Shown piece by piece: positions 27,485-39,619 of a stretch of DNA of 64,000 bases. A program made the translations under genes and the position numbers. Origin of the DNA: Paragordius varius. Taxonomy: Eukaryota > Animalia > Nematomorpha. The stretch is from positions 6,076,001-6,140,000 of the forward strand of contig OZ176050.1 of assembly GCA_964247055.1 (NCBI GenBank), in the 5' to 3' direction. Numbering within the stretch: the stretch's first letter is position 1; each line of letters begins with the position of its first letter. The notes under the pieces are model-generated. The model saw nothing but the letters and a program-made list of their open reading frames with translations. It ran no database searches and was not told where the DNA came from.

Positions 27485-28425
27485 AATATTAATAGATTGT
27501 TAATAACTCGTTTAAAATATATTAATTGATTAAAATAATAAATTTCGGATCTTGATCCTCTATCAATCAAAATATAAATAAACCAATAATAAAGTTTAAA
27601 ATAATAAACTGTGCTATTTTTAGTTCCGTATTCGCTGTTGATTGTTTACGACCAGTGTTGTGCAGTGGTTTCCTTTTTAGAATTTTGTGGTATGGGGTTT
27701 GATTTAAGGTCCTTCTTTTGTAGCTAAGGTCTTTTGTGTTGTATGAGTGGGTGTATAGTACCTCTTCTATAGATCTTTAAAAAAAGTGTTTGTTTGGCAA
27801 TTATTTTGACGAAAACCGAACACATAAATAAAAATATTCTTTAACATACAATAAAACGTCACAAGAAGTCACAATTGACAATTAAACACATATTATTAAC
27901 AAACAAACCATGTACCAACCTATATCTTTTAAACAAAAAAATACATGAAAATGCCATATATGGAATCCCGTGTAATGGATGCAACAAGAAATATATACGA
28001 CAAACCAAAAGGCCGATATAAATACGAGTTAAAGTACCTCAAAAGCAAAAAAACTCATCATTATACGAACATATTCAGCATGCTTAACATTCAATGTGTT
28101 CCTACAAAATATTCGCCAAGCAAAAAAATTTCTTAAGATCTATAGAAGAGGCGCTATACATTTAGTCACATAACACAAGACCTTCAACAGAAGAGAAAAT
28201 TTATTCCAAATACCCCATTACAATAATTTTTAAAGCAAATACCTCGACAACACTGGTGTACAAATAGAGCAATTACGAAAGAAAAAATAGCAAACTGTTC
28301 ATTTTTTAAATATTATTACAATTTTATTATTTTTAGTATTTTATATAATTGGTAAAAAATCCGAAATATTATATTATTTGAATAAATATTTTATAGAAGT
28401 AATTAACAATTTTTCTTTAATATTA
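27485..28425. mobile_element. Foldback/MULE-like element with degenerate inverted repeats of about 300 bp
   Basis: 27650-27790 (ACCAGTGTTGT...GTATAG..CCTCTTCTATAGATCTT) is the reverse complement of 28130-28260. Similarity extends outward to about 27485 and 28425. No TSD was identified. Confidence 0.65.
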
Positions 28426-28426
28426 A

Positions 28427-28997
28427 CACTTGGATACAACACATTCATTTTAGTCCTTCGATTTGAATTGGGGTAGTTAAATACCTCAGGCCTGTTTAAA
28501 ATAAATTCCTTAAAAAATATGGAAGGAATCGAAACCATGGCAATTTGCACTTATATAACATTAATAAACAGATATATATAAAAAAATTTATTTAAAAATA
28601 CTTGATATTATTTACTTTAAGCTAAAACCGAAAGGTAAAAATTTATTCAACGTGCCATGTGTTCAATGGTAAAATTGAATAATACAAAATAAACCGCTTA
28701 TTTTATTTCTATCAATGTTAGATGTATTTTAAATAAAAAATTAGCTCTAAAATTATCCTTAAAATTAAATGAAAGGCGATAATTTGCTATAATTTTGTAA
28801 AATAAAAATAGCGTCGAAGTAGGACATGGAACTTTTTTCTTTCAAAACAAAATTTTATTTAGATAATTTGGCATATTTATATATTTTTGTTATAATAGAA
28901 GCATAAATTAAAATTACCGTTTACTTCAGTAATTTGTTAAAAATTCTAACTCAAATTTAGTCTGGGCTATTTAGATACCCCAATTTGAATCGAAGTG
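28427..28997. mobile_element. piggyBac-like MITE, copy A (571 bp)
   Basis: Ends are TTAA|CACT...AGTG|TTAT. A subterminal inverted repeat (CTTCGATT(T/C)(G/A)AATTGGGG) abuts one end and is offset about 25 bp from the other. It is the reverse-orientation homolog of 31749-32279. Confidence 0.75.
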
Positions 28998-29284
28998 TTA
29001 TTGAATTCCTGCGTTTTACTTTGATGGTGTTCCCATTCTCTACTAAGTATGTGTATTGTAAATTTTTTATTTATTCAAAAAATTAATGCCTATTTCGGCA
29101 AACAGGCGCCACTGTATTTTTCCTTCACAATTTCAATTTTACATGTATTTGATAATAATGAATACCATAGATACTTAGAGACATGTGAAATAAATACCAA
29201 TTTAGCCAGTTAAAATAATGGCCTATAACACTGCGCGCATCGGCGGGTATACAAAATATCCTGATGAAATATATATATTCTGAT

Positions 29285-29939
29285 TAGGGTTGTGCTGACC
29301 AAATCATGACCCGGTCAATTTACCGGGTCGACCGGGTTAGTGACTATTTATTTTTGGACCACGATCATTAAAAACAACTGTTTTTTGAATAATTGTTGGT
29401 AAAGTTTTTTGGAAGAGAAATAGTAGGATTTTATTGTTTTTTAATATATTTTTTAAAAATTTAAATTAAATATTAATATGATTATTTAACAATATAAAAT
29501 TGATAAACATGCATCGTTATAAGATTAGAGTTTAAGCATATCCAGTTATTTCGAAAAACAAAACAATCAAGCACTTTGCAAAATATGCAATTATTCCATA
29601 GAACCAATAAAATGAAAAAACATTTTATAATTGGAAATTACAATGATGAAAGAAAGTGTAAAACAAACTTAAAAATTTTATTTGCAATATCCAGTAATAA
29701 AAGCTGTGTTTTTGAAGGTTTAGAAAGCCAGGCAAAATTTATTTGAAAACAAAATTCTTGATTAAATTTGATTGTAAGAAAAACATGACATTAGTGAAAC
29801 TCAAGTTATGAACATTATATTCACTATCCAATATCGCATGATATTTACTTAAATAAAAAGTGGCATCACGTGGTCATGACCATGGTCTGACTGGGTTTGA
29901 CCGGACTTTTTTGAAAAAGCAGTCAAATGCACTACCCTA
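29285..29939. mobile_element. hAT-family MITE (655 bp) with perfect 8-bp TSD
   Basis: TIRs TAGGGTTGTGC and GCACTACCCTA. ATTCTGAT occurs on both sides (29277-29284 and 29940-29947). Subterminal GACCCGG/CCGGTC repeats are present. Confidence 0.9.
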
Positions 29940-31748
29940 ATTCTGATAGATTGTATCAGGATTCTCATGGTGCTTTGGGTTTTGGTGCTTTTGTGAAAGA
30001 AAGTTATTTTATATTTGTATCCTGTTTTTGCCATATTTTGCAGACTGTTTTTATTTTCACCATTCAAATACAATAAAATCGGGACTTCATAATTTTGCTA
30101 AAATTATATTTTTTGAGAAATTATGCATTTTAGCAAAAATTTTTTCTGATGTCATATATTAATAATAATTCTTATCGCAACCTCGGGATTTTCGCGTTTA
30201 TTTTTAGTTAGCCTGATTTGGGTGGGGCTAAAAACCTACGACTTTCGGAGCCCACATATAAAAAAATTTTTTATAAAAATATTGTTTTTCAAATATAGTA
30301 TATGATATATATTAATTATTTTGGGAAAGCATTTAGCTTACACTAAAAATAGTTATTTAGCCAAATGTAAGCGTGTATATTTGATATATTTACAACAAAA
30401 GTATAAATATATTTCTTATATCGCTCGTGCGGCTTAAAACCTAATTATGATCATATTATGATGTATATATATCATGATATTATCCTAGTCACTCGATTTT
30501 CCCCCAGTTTAATATAGTTTTGATTGCATGATTTTTTAACGATTTAAAAAATATCCAAAAAATGACAGCGAATAAGAGATACAGATTTTTTACTATATAT
30601 CTTTTAAAAATAAAAAAAACGCACAGTTTAGAGTCTTTTTTTCCTTTTTACACTTATATCCTTTATCACGTGCTTAGAATACCAAAAAATGCATATTTAA
30701 TTTGGCCCAATATAATTCTATTTTAGTATATCAAATTACCTCTCTTTACCAAAATTTTTTTATTTAGCAGATCAGTAATACAATTTTTTATGGAGCCATT
30801 ACCACAGTGTAATTCTCTTGACTTGCTAGATCAAAACCAAAAGCATCAAGAGAATCTTGATACATTTATATATCAGAATAATTATATATAATCAAGATAT
30901 TTTTTGTGTGGGCATTTAAATATATAGCTTCTACAAAAATATTATTTGTATAGGTACTAAATTAGCTTTAATTTATACCATGACAATTACTCGTTGACTG
31001 ATTAATTCCTCTAAGATCATACGAGTCCTTAAACATTTTACTGCCACTCTATTAATATTTTACCAAGAAATATTTTGTAAGACTTTATGCATTGTTTAAA
31101 TAGGATTTTTACGGGTAAATCAAAAATAATTCACACTTCATAATTATAAAATAATTTTATATTTGCAATAATGTTATGTCCAGGCTAAAATTTTTTAATA
31201 AATGCTATTTTAATGATACTTTCTTCACATAAAATAAATATTATAATTCTTTTAATTTCGTGGGTATTTAATTGCACCGGAAGATAATATTTTAAGATAT
31301 ATAACATGCTGCCCTTTAAAAACATTTATTTGTTCATATGCATCCTGAAAAAACATTTTTTGAAAAATAATTTACGCATTTTTTATGTTTGTTAAAATAT
31401 TGTTTTTTATATCGTATCAAAAAAGCTCAATTTTGAAATAGTCTGATATAATGACAAATGTTTTCCTAGCGATTTTGGATCAGCTTCCTACATTTAACTG
31501 CATTAATGTTATGTAATAGTTTCATATCTCTTGATTTCATACAGGCTTGAGGTATTCACCATTAAATATAATCTTTGAAAAAATTTAGGTATATAAGACG
31601 CTAGTGGGCTTGTCTATAGGCCAAATCAAATGTCACACATAGCTTATCATATGGGTTTATATTCATTTTTATATTTAAATCTATAAATAATTTAATATTT
31701 ACACTGATAAATTGGTTTAACATAATATTTAAAAAATGTTCTCATTAA

Positions 31749-32279
31749 CTTCGATTCGAATTGGGGAAACTAAATATCCCAGACTAAATTTGAGTTAGGA
31801 TTTTTAAAAAACTACTAAAGGAAATGGCCTTAATTTAAATTTATGCTTCTATCCTAATAAAAATTATATGCCAAAATATCTAAATAAAATTTTGTTTAGA
31901 AAAAAAGGTTCCGTGTCAAACTACTTCGACGCCATTTTATATCACAAAATTATTGCAAAATATCTTCTTCATTTAATTTTAAGGGTAAATTAAAGCTAAT
32001 TTTTTATTTAAATTTCATCTAACATTGATAGAAATAGAAAAAGCGGTTTATTTGGTATTATTTTCAATCACACATGTCACGTTAACTAAATTTTTACTTT
32101 TCGGTTTAGCTTAAAATAAGTAATAAGTATTTTTAAATAAATTATTAATGTTATATAAGTGCAAATTGCCATAGTTTCAATTCCACCCATATTTTTCAAA
32201 TAATTTAATTTTAAACAGGCTTGATTAAACTACCCCAAATTGAATCGAAGGACTAAAATAAATATGTTGCATTTGAGTG
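31749..32279. mobile_element. piggyBac-like MITE, copy B, ending 86 bp upstream of the PCTAIRE kinase start codon
   Basis: TTAA on both sides (31745-31748 and 32280-32283). Collinear reverse-complement similarity with copy A over its whole length. Confidence 0.8.
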
Positions 32280-32365
32280 TTAAAAAACCTTATGCAATCA
32301 GTATAACACATGATATTGAAGGTTGTTTCATTCGGCCACCTGACATCGATCTACAGCCTACCGGC

Positions 32366-35300
32366 ATGATAGGAAAAATAAAGCGTAGATTTTCTACAGC
32401 ATTTAAAAAAGATTCACACAATATAGTTGAAGCAGACTCCGATGATTATAAGGATTCGGATATAAATAACAATTTTTTTGATGATTCTCAGGAACACCAT
32501 TCTTATAAACGACCATTGACGTATAATAAAACAAGCGAACAAAATGGAAATTTATCTTCATATTTTCAAAATCAACTTGATATAAAAGAATTTCAAAATA
32601 ATTGTCCGGACACACTTTCTACTGGTGCTGAATATAAAAGTATAGTTTAAAATTAATTTTAGGTGTATATCATCCAAACAATCATAGTGAAATTGGAATT
32701 CAAAAAAAGGAAAAAGGAAAGTTTAATGGATTGTTTCGTTCAAATTCAAAAACACCTATGATTCCTAACGGAACCGGTAAAGCTATTTGTCAGAACTCAA
32801 ATAGTGTAAGTTTTTACCTTGGAAATGACAGCACACCCAAAAATATCATCAAAAATTCTATATCTTTTTACAAGGATAATGTTGATCCTCTGATTGATGT
32901 AAAAAATGTTGGATGCTCATATCCTCAAATTCCTTCGATTAAAATGTCAAAAGATCAGAGTATGGACTGGGCGGAATCAAAGGGGGCTAGTGTAAAACGT
33001 GTATTAAGCGGTACATCTGATTCCAAGAGTTTAATCAAGTCTGCTCGAAGTTTCAACATTTTTAGTAGTAAAAGCTTATCTGGACAAATTAAAAGCCAAC
33101 CCATGAACAAGCAAGATAATAAATCATCTCGTCCCCTAACTCTATTTTCGCTCAATCCCACGCACGATTATAATTATAACAATACTCATCACCATTTGTA
33201 TTATGCTAATGAATTGCCTTCCCCAACTTCAGCAAAGTCTTGCAATACACCTCTATTATTGCACAATAATCATCGTAACTTTGCTTGGCAGATTGGGGGA
33301 ATAAGCAACAATATGGATAAATCTATTAATGGTTCATCACACACTGACACCGATTTTTGCACAAAATTTAGTAATGTTGCCGATCAATCCAATCAAGTAA
33401 ACACTAAACAACATCGAAAATCATCAAGTTGGAAGAAACGAAACAGTTTTATAGCTTCCATGTTTCGCTCTACCAGTTCAACATCATCATCAACAGCTAA
33501 TTACCTTAATTATGTCAATAATGAAAGTGGATATGGTTCATCCTTGAACAATAATAATTATCCTGCTTTGCATAGCCAAAACAGTAATTACTGTAATGGT
33601 ATTGGTAATTACCTTAAACCACCAGACATTATTACAGATCATGTATTCGCTAATCAAGAAGAAACGAGTCCCACAGGGCAATCTGCCATATCTATTCCAC
33701 TGCCGCATTATAATCATCACAATCTTTATAGTCGAAAACAGCAACACAGATTTGCAAGGAGTAGGAAAAATGCAAGTGCTAAAGCCTTAAGTCAGGTAAA
33801 TAATATGATTATTAAAACAATAATCTATTAAAATAAAAATGGTGTGGGTCAAAATTTTTTTGTTAGCATACCTGCTTAATTGCATCGCTGTATAGACAAA
33901 ATAGTTTGCATGCAAAAAAAGTTTTATATCATCCTAAATTAAATATAAACGTTTGGCAGTTTTAAATGATATATATATACACTATTTCTGTTCAATTTTT
34001 TAAAAATTTCATATTGACAAAAATAAACTGATATTAGTTTTGAGTTGCAAAAGAGAGATGATTTATATTGATTGATCAAATGCGGAAATCAATAAATATT
34101 TTTTACACCAAAAAATGTACTATAACACAAATGTGCAGTGCGTATTTATGTGTATGCACTCACGTCATAGCCTTTGGGGCATTCGAATTATGAACCTTTG
34201 TTGCATGTTAAATAAAAAATGCATAATTTATTTAATTTTAATATTTTTTATTATCTCTTTTTAGCTAAATTATATTGCAAATACAAAAGCTGTTTTAAAC
34301 GAGAAATTTATATCTTTATATTAGTTAAATACATAATTTTAAAAATGTTATAGAAGCCACCAATCTTAAACTCTGAAAAAATAACATTAAAAAGTTTAGC
34401 GTTTTAAATCATTTTTTATATTGCAAGTAATGAAATATAGGTATTAAAACTGAGCTATGAAAATATATTTGTAAAGTCGGCCTGAAGTAATCAATTACCC
34501 CTAATCAATCGAATTAATTATTTTTTAAATATTAAATACCTATTAAAAGCCCAAACTGGAATATTTGTTAAGAACAAAAACACTTTTACAGAAAGGTCCA
34601 ACTATTTAACTTATGTATAAAAGCCATCTATGGTTTTTAGTTACCACAAATTTTAATCATAGTTTTTTATCAAAAGAGTTTCGGTCATGTTGAATTTTGA
34701 ATTTTGTTTTCATATTTATTTCTTTTATTTAATATTAAATTTTATTTATTTTTGAATTCATTATAATTTATTAAAAACCAATTTTAACCCATTCCCCTAT
34801 CAAAGTTTATTAATATCTTATCTATAATCTTTTGTTTGAAAGCGCTTTTTTTATCATAAAAGATTGAATTAGCGGTCGTCGTTAAATTTTTTACCGTTTT
34901 GTTAGCTCACACCAGGCTATTTTAACTTTTGTAAAATTGGTTTAACCAAAAAATTATTTATTAGCCAAAATATATATCAATAGGAGATTATATAACTATA
35001 TAACTGATATTGGTAAAAGATGTGTAAACGAACTTTTGTATGAAAACAGTACTAAATGTTTTACCGCGGAATACATGCTTTATATATAAAAAATTTAAAT
35101 TCTCTATTTTTTTGTTGTCGATGAAAGTGAATAAAATACCTGGAAGATATAGTATATGTGTATTTATTTGTTCAAAAAATTAGCAACATGATGTTAATTA
35201 TATGATACAGATTCGATGTGCACTGCATACCTACACTTATTTTTGTCTATTTTTTTGTGTTTTGTAGAGCATATGGTGTCACCATTAATGATAAAAAATT

Positions 35301-35875
35301 TTTTAAATACTAGTTTTATTATAGTAGAAGAAGTGAAAAAAGTACACAAGTGTCTATTTTTTTCTTATATTTTTCTTTTTTTTTACCTTTCTATATTTTC
35401 TTTTATAACAAGTTTTTCATAGTTTATATATATTATATATTATTGATATTCAATACATGTGGATGTGGCATTTACTATTGTTAAATTTTTTAATCATTGT
35501 ATGTGTTTTTTGGTGTTTTACCAATTTTTAATTAAAAAGTGATGATGACAACTATTTTTATGTATTGATTAATTACGTTACATGGGACAAATATAGTTAT
35601 TGTATTCAATGTTTAATTAAACAAAAGATTAATTATCTAAAAAAATAATGTTCATGAAAAAAACCCGTATATTTAAACAAAACAGTTGTCGTTATTGTAT
35701 AATTAACTGAATTATTCAAGGGTATAAAATGCATTATTTCATATTTTTTCATTATTATTCAACTTTTGTATATATAAACAGAAAAAAGATTAACCCAACT
35801 CTAGATCAGTTAAAATATATTTAATTATTAAATAGCTCTTGGGACAACTAAAACTTTTAGCTTAATAAACTAATT

Positions 35876-35915
<40 letters not shown>

Positions 35916-38900
35916 TAATGTAGGAGGAAATAAGTAAACGTCTTTCCCTACCTGCAGATATAAATATCCCAGAAGGATTTTTGATAAGAAACTTTTCTCA
36001 GCCCTTGTTGAATGGCCCACTCACGAGGCGAAATAGGAGAGACAGTTTGTATGAAATTGGATTTGGGCGAAGTGATACTTACACAAAATTGGATAAAATT
36101 GGAGAGGTCCATTTTAATCTATAATAATTAAATTTTTTAGATAAAAGAAGGAAAAAATTATGTTCTCGGAATAATTTTAAAATTTCATATACATTAATGC
36201 AACTTTTTTTGGTGTTAATGTTTTAATCAGTAAATTGTTGATCGTCAAATATAAATATTATTGCTGATTTCTTATTAAAAGAAGTTTTTTTAAAATATAC
36301 AACGATGATGATGGGAATTTGTACCGACTAAATATAATATTTAAAACTTTTATAAAAAGGCCTAGTCCTTTTATCAAATCAACATGTTAAATAATTAATT
36401 TAATTTTTTTGCATATACATGCATATTAAAAGTTATTTAACTATTTGAACGTTTTCATATCCCATTTTGGTTGATCATAAATTTAATAAACGTTATATAG
36501 GGTACGTATGCTACAGTTTACAAAGGCAAGAGTCGGTTAACGAATACGTTTGTGGCTTTGAAAGAAATTCGTTTAGAATATGAGGAAGGTGCTCCTTGTA
36601 CTGCTATTCGCGAAGGTATAATATTTGTTAAAAAAATTTTAAATAAAAATTGGCTTTATTCGCTATTTTTTGGAAATATAAATTTGATAATAAGTTTCCA
36701 TATGTAATAGTTTTTTTTACATTTTAAAAAATCCAACTTTTAACTACACATATATAAAATATTAAAGTTCCCTTATTAACAGCATCAAAATTTTAATGCA
36801 TGCAGAATTGTTCCGTTAAGGATATAATATATTATTTTATATCCTTTTATATATACCGCATTAATCAATTTTTTATTGCTTTCATATGTTTTGTATGTTT
36901 TTAGTTTCCCTTTTAAAGAATTTGAAACACGCTAATATAGTGACGCTTCATGATATTGTCCACACATCTACTTCCCTTACTTTGGTTTTCGAATATTTGG
37001 TAATTTTTAAATCAATAATTCATTACTAAGTATTTGGTTTGAAATATCTATATGTTGATATTCACATATACAAATTAAAAGTTTTAATAATTTCATTATA
37101 ATATTCTTTATATATTAATATTATTGTTTGTTTAAGGAACGCGATTTGAAACAATTTATGGAAGATGCTAATAATGTTATGGATTTGAATAATGTTAAGG
37201 TATGGATTTATTACTAATATATATATAAACGTTCGCTTTACTCTTTATATAAATATAAAACTTAAATTAAATCTAATTTTTTACACAGCTATTTTTATTT
37301 CAACTCTTTCGTGGTTTGGAGTTTTGTCATCGAAAAAAGATTTTACACCGTGATTTGAAACCACAAAATTTACTTATCAATCGAATTGGGGAACTTAAAT
37401 TAGCCGATTTTGGTATTCTTACTTTAATTTTTTCGAAGCAAAAAAAGTTTCATAAATATCTTGTGAGTGCCAAATTTTGTAGTCCGTTTGTATTTAGGGA
37501 AACTTAATTCTCCAGTATTTATAAATGTTAGAATAAAATTTGTTGAAATTACATAAAGAAATTAAAAATATCAAAGCGCTCTTATATGGTTTAATTCAAC
37601 TCATTAACCTACCTATCATATATAAATTTTCATTGTATTATATATTTTAAAAAGTTATAGAGCCAGATATAATCAGTTATTTTTCGTTTGTTTTTTTTTT
37701 TGAATTTTTTCTAAAATTTGAGTTTTTCAAAACGTACAAGGGGACTTCAAAATTTGTCATCCTATAAGAGTATATATATATTGTCACTGTAATGTTAAGG
37801 GCTTGCTCGAGCAAAATCAATACCAACCAAAACATATTCAAACGAAGTGGTTACTTTGTGGTATCGGCCACCCGAAGTTCTTATGGGATCAACTGAATAC
37901 TCGACCCCCATAGATATGTGGTATGATTTTTTTCTGCATATATATCTACATATCACCGTATTTTACAAATTTCGGGTTTTAGAATGTTGAATTTTGACTT
38001 ATTATTAAAAACAATAAGATATAATTGTTTACTTTTGTATTCGAAAACAGAAAAAAATATCACAAGAAATATCTATTAATAATATCATTTTAGAAGCCAA
38101 ATACTTATTTATATATTTGTATATCATCGAATTGCGGCGCTTTCATGTACTAAATTTTAATAATTTGATATAAAATAAATTATTTATATAAATTCGTTAA
38201 CTTTCAAAGGGGTGTTGGATGCATTTTTTATGAAATGGTAACGGGATCTCCCTTATTTCCCGGATCAGCAGTTGAGGATCAATTAAAACTTATCCTTCAT
38301 TTCTACGATAATTCCTTTGATATTAAGCAAAAGCTACCGCCATCATTATCAACCCTAAATTTTGCACAGTACCTAAATTCTTTCCCCAGCCTAATTTCAC
38401 AAAATAAACTATGTAGTCATAACAAGGAAACGAAAATGGATATGAATGGATCATCCCCCAATCAAAATGGTATTCTTGAACTTTCATATAAAAAATTTAT
38501 TTACTTTTATAATAAAATATATACTTAAACATTTTCGGGTAAATTCCCATTCGTAAATTATTATTAGTCGGCTGAAAAATGCTAAAAAAAGTTTCGGATA
38601 ATAAATCTGTGCAAAAATGATTTGACTGTATAATATAATTTATGTCTAGGAACTGACCATCATAATATAATCACTGAAATTCCACAATACAATGGTGAGG
38701 AACATGATGAAGACTCTGGCACATTGACAAAACATCAAACGCAAAGCCAATATCGGAACCAACGGAATAAACTTTCAGCGTCCAACTCATTGCAAACGGT
38801 TATAACTAACAACAACTTTGATGACATTTCTCACAATACGACGACCATCATGGACAATTATTCATCCATAAATCTCTGTTCTATTACATCTTCCCCATCC

Positions 38901-39619
38901 CTTAGCCTATCAGATTATTCTAGGAATCAAGCGTTACAAACTCTTCGTGTTTTAGCGGATAGATTGGATTCCGTTGGATTAGATCTGTTATGTTCCCTTT
39001 TAAACTATGATCCTCGGGCACGGGTTTCAGCTTATTCTGGCATTCGACATGCATATTTTACGCGTACGCTTCCAGAAAGAATTTATTCTTTGCCAGATAG
39101 TATATTTTACAAATTTTATATAACGCATTAAATATATATCTTTGCTTAAAATGCATAGTTAAAGAGTTCTTTATTATCATGTAATCATTGTAAATGATTA
39201 ATACTACATATAAAATTATATATTTTATTCAATATTAGCTGCATCAATATTTGTGATACCATCCATAAAACTAGCCAAAATTCCTCCATCATCTAAGTCA
39301 ATGTCAACGCTTACAAGTTTTATTTTTATCTCTTATGACATCATAATTTTATATCAGGGCTTCAAACAGGTTATAAAAAGGTTGAACCGGAACCGCAATG
39401 GTTTCTCGACGGTTGGAACAGGAACCTGCCTGGTTCCTTAAGTTATGAACGCGGGCCGGTTCCTGCCTAACGGAAATGACTCCTGCTAAAATCTCAGGAA
39501 CTGGGTTCCGGTTCGAAGCCCAGTGATAAATATTTCTTTTAATATATTTTTTTTAATCAAGTTAAACAAAGAAGACAAAGTTTACTGTGATTTGTTTCTA
39601 ATCAGAGATGGTACACTAA
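32366..39619 (+). CDS. CDK17: PCTAIRE-motif cyclin-dependent kinase (CDK16/17/18 family). Exons 32366-32639, 32663-33795, 35924-36106, 36501-36615, 36905-36999, 37137-37199, 37289-37412, 37800-37920, 38210-38469, 38650-39099, 39239-39316, and a tentative last exon 39606-39619
   Basis: N-terminus [15 protein letters not shown] resembles PCTAIRE MKKxKRRLS. Other motifs: [89 protein letters not shown]. The paralog label (CDK16/17/18) cannot be resolved. The C-terminal end is uncertain: unspliced read-through stops at 39441. Confidence 0.93.
39355..39523. mobile_element. hAT-like MITE (169 bp) at the 3' end of the kinase gene; duplicated at 50150-50319
   Basis: Ends CAGGGCTTC(A)AAC ... GTTCGAAGCCCAG with GGAACC/GGTTCC subterminal repeats. 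Flanks TTTTATAT / TTTTAAAT in copy 2 give a 7/8 TSD match. Confidence 0.75.

Noticed and set aside
1338-33790. Short antisense or alternative-frame ORFs overlapping real exons (e.g. 1338-1523, 2267-2461, 6915-7151, 32955-33161, 33596-33790)
   Set aside because: Shadow ORFs of coding exons with no independent support.
39505-39523. GGTTCGAAGCCC resembling a tRNA T-loop / B-box
   Set aside because: No cloverleaf or A-box upstream. It is the right TIR of the hAT-like MITE.
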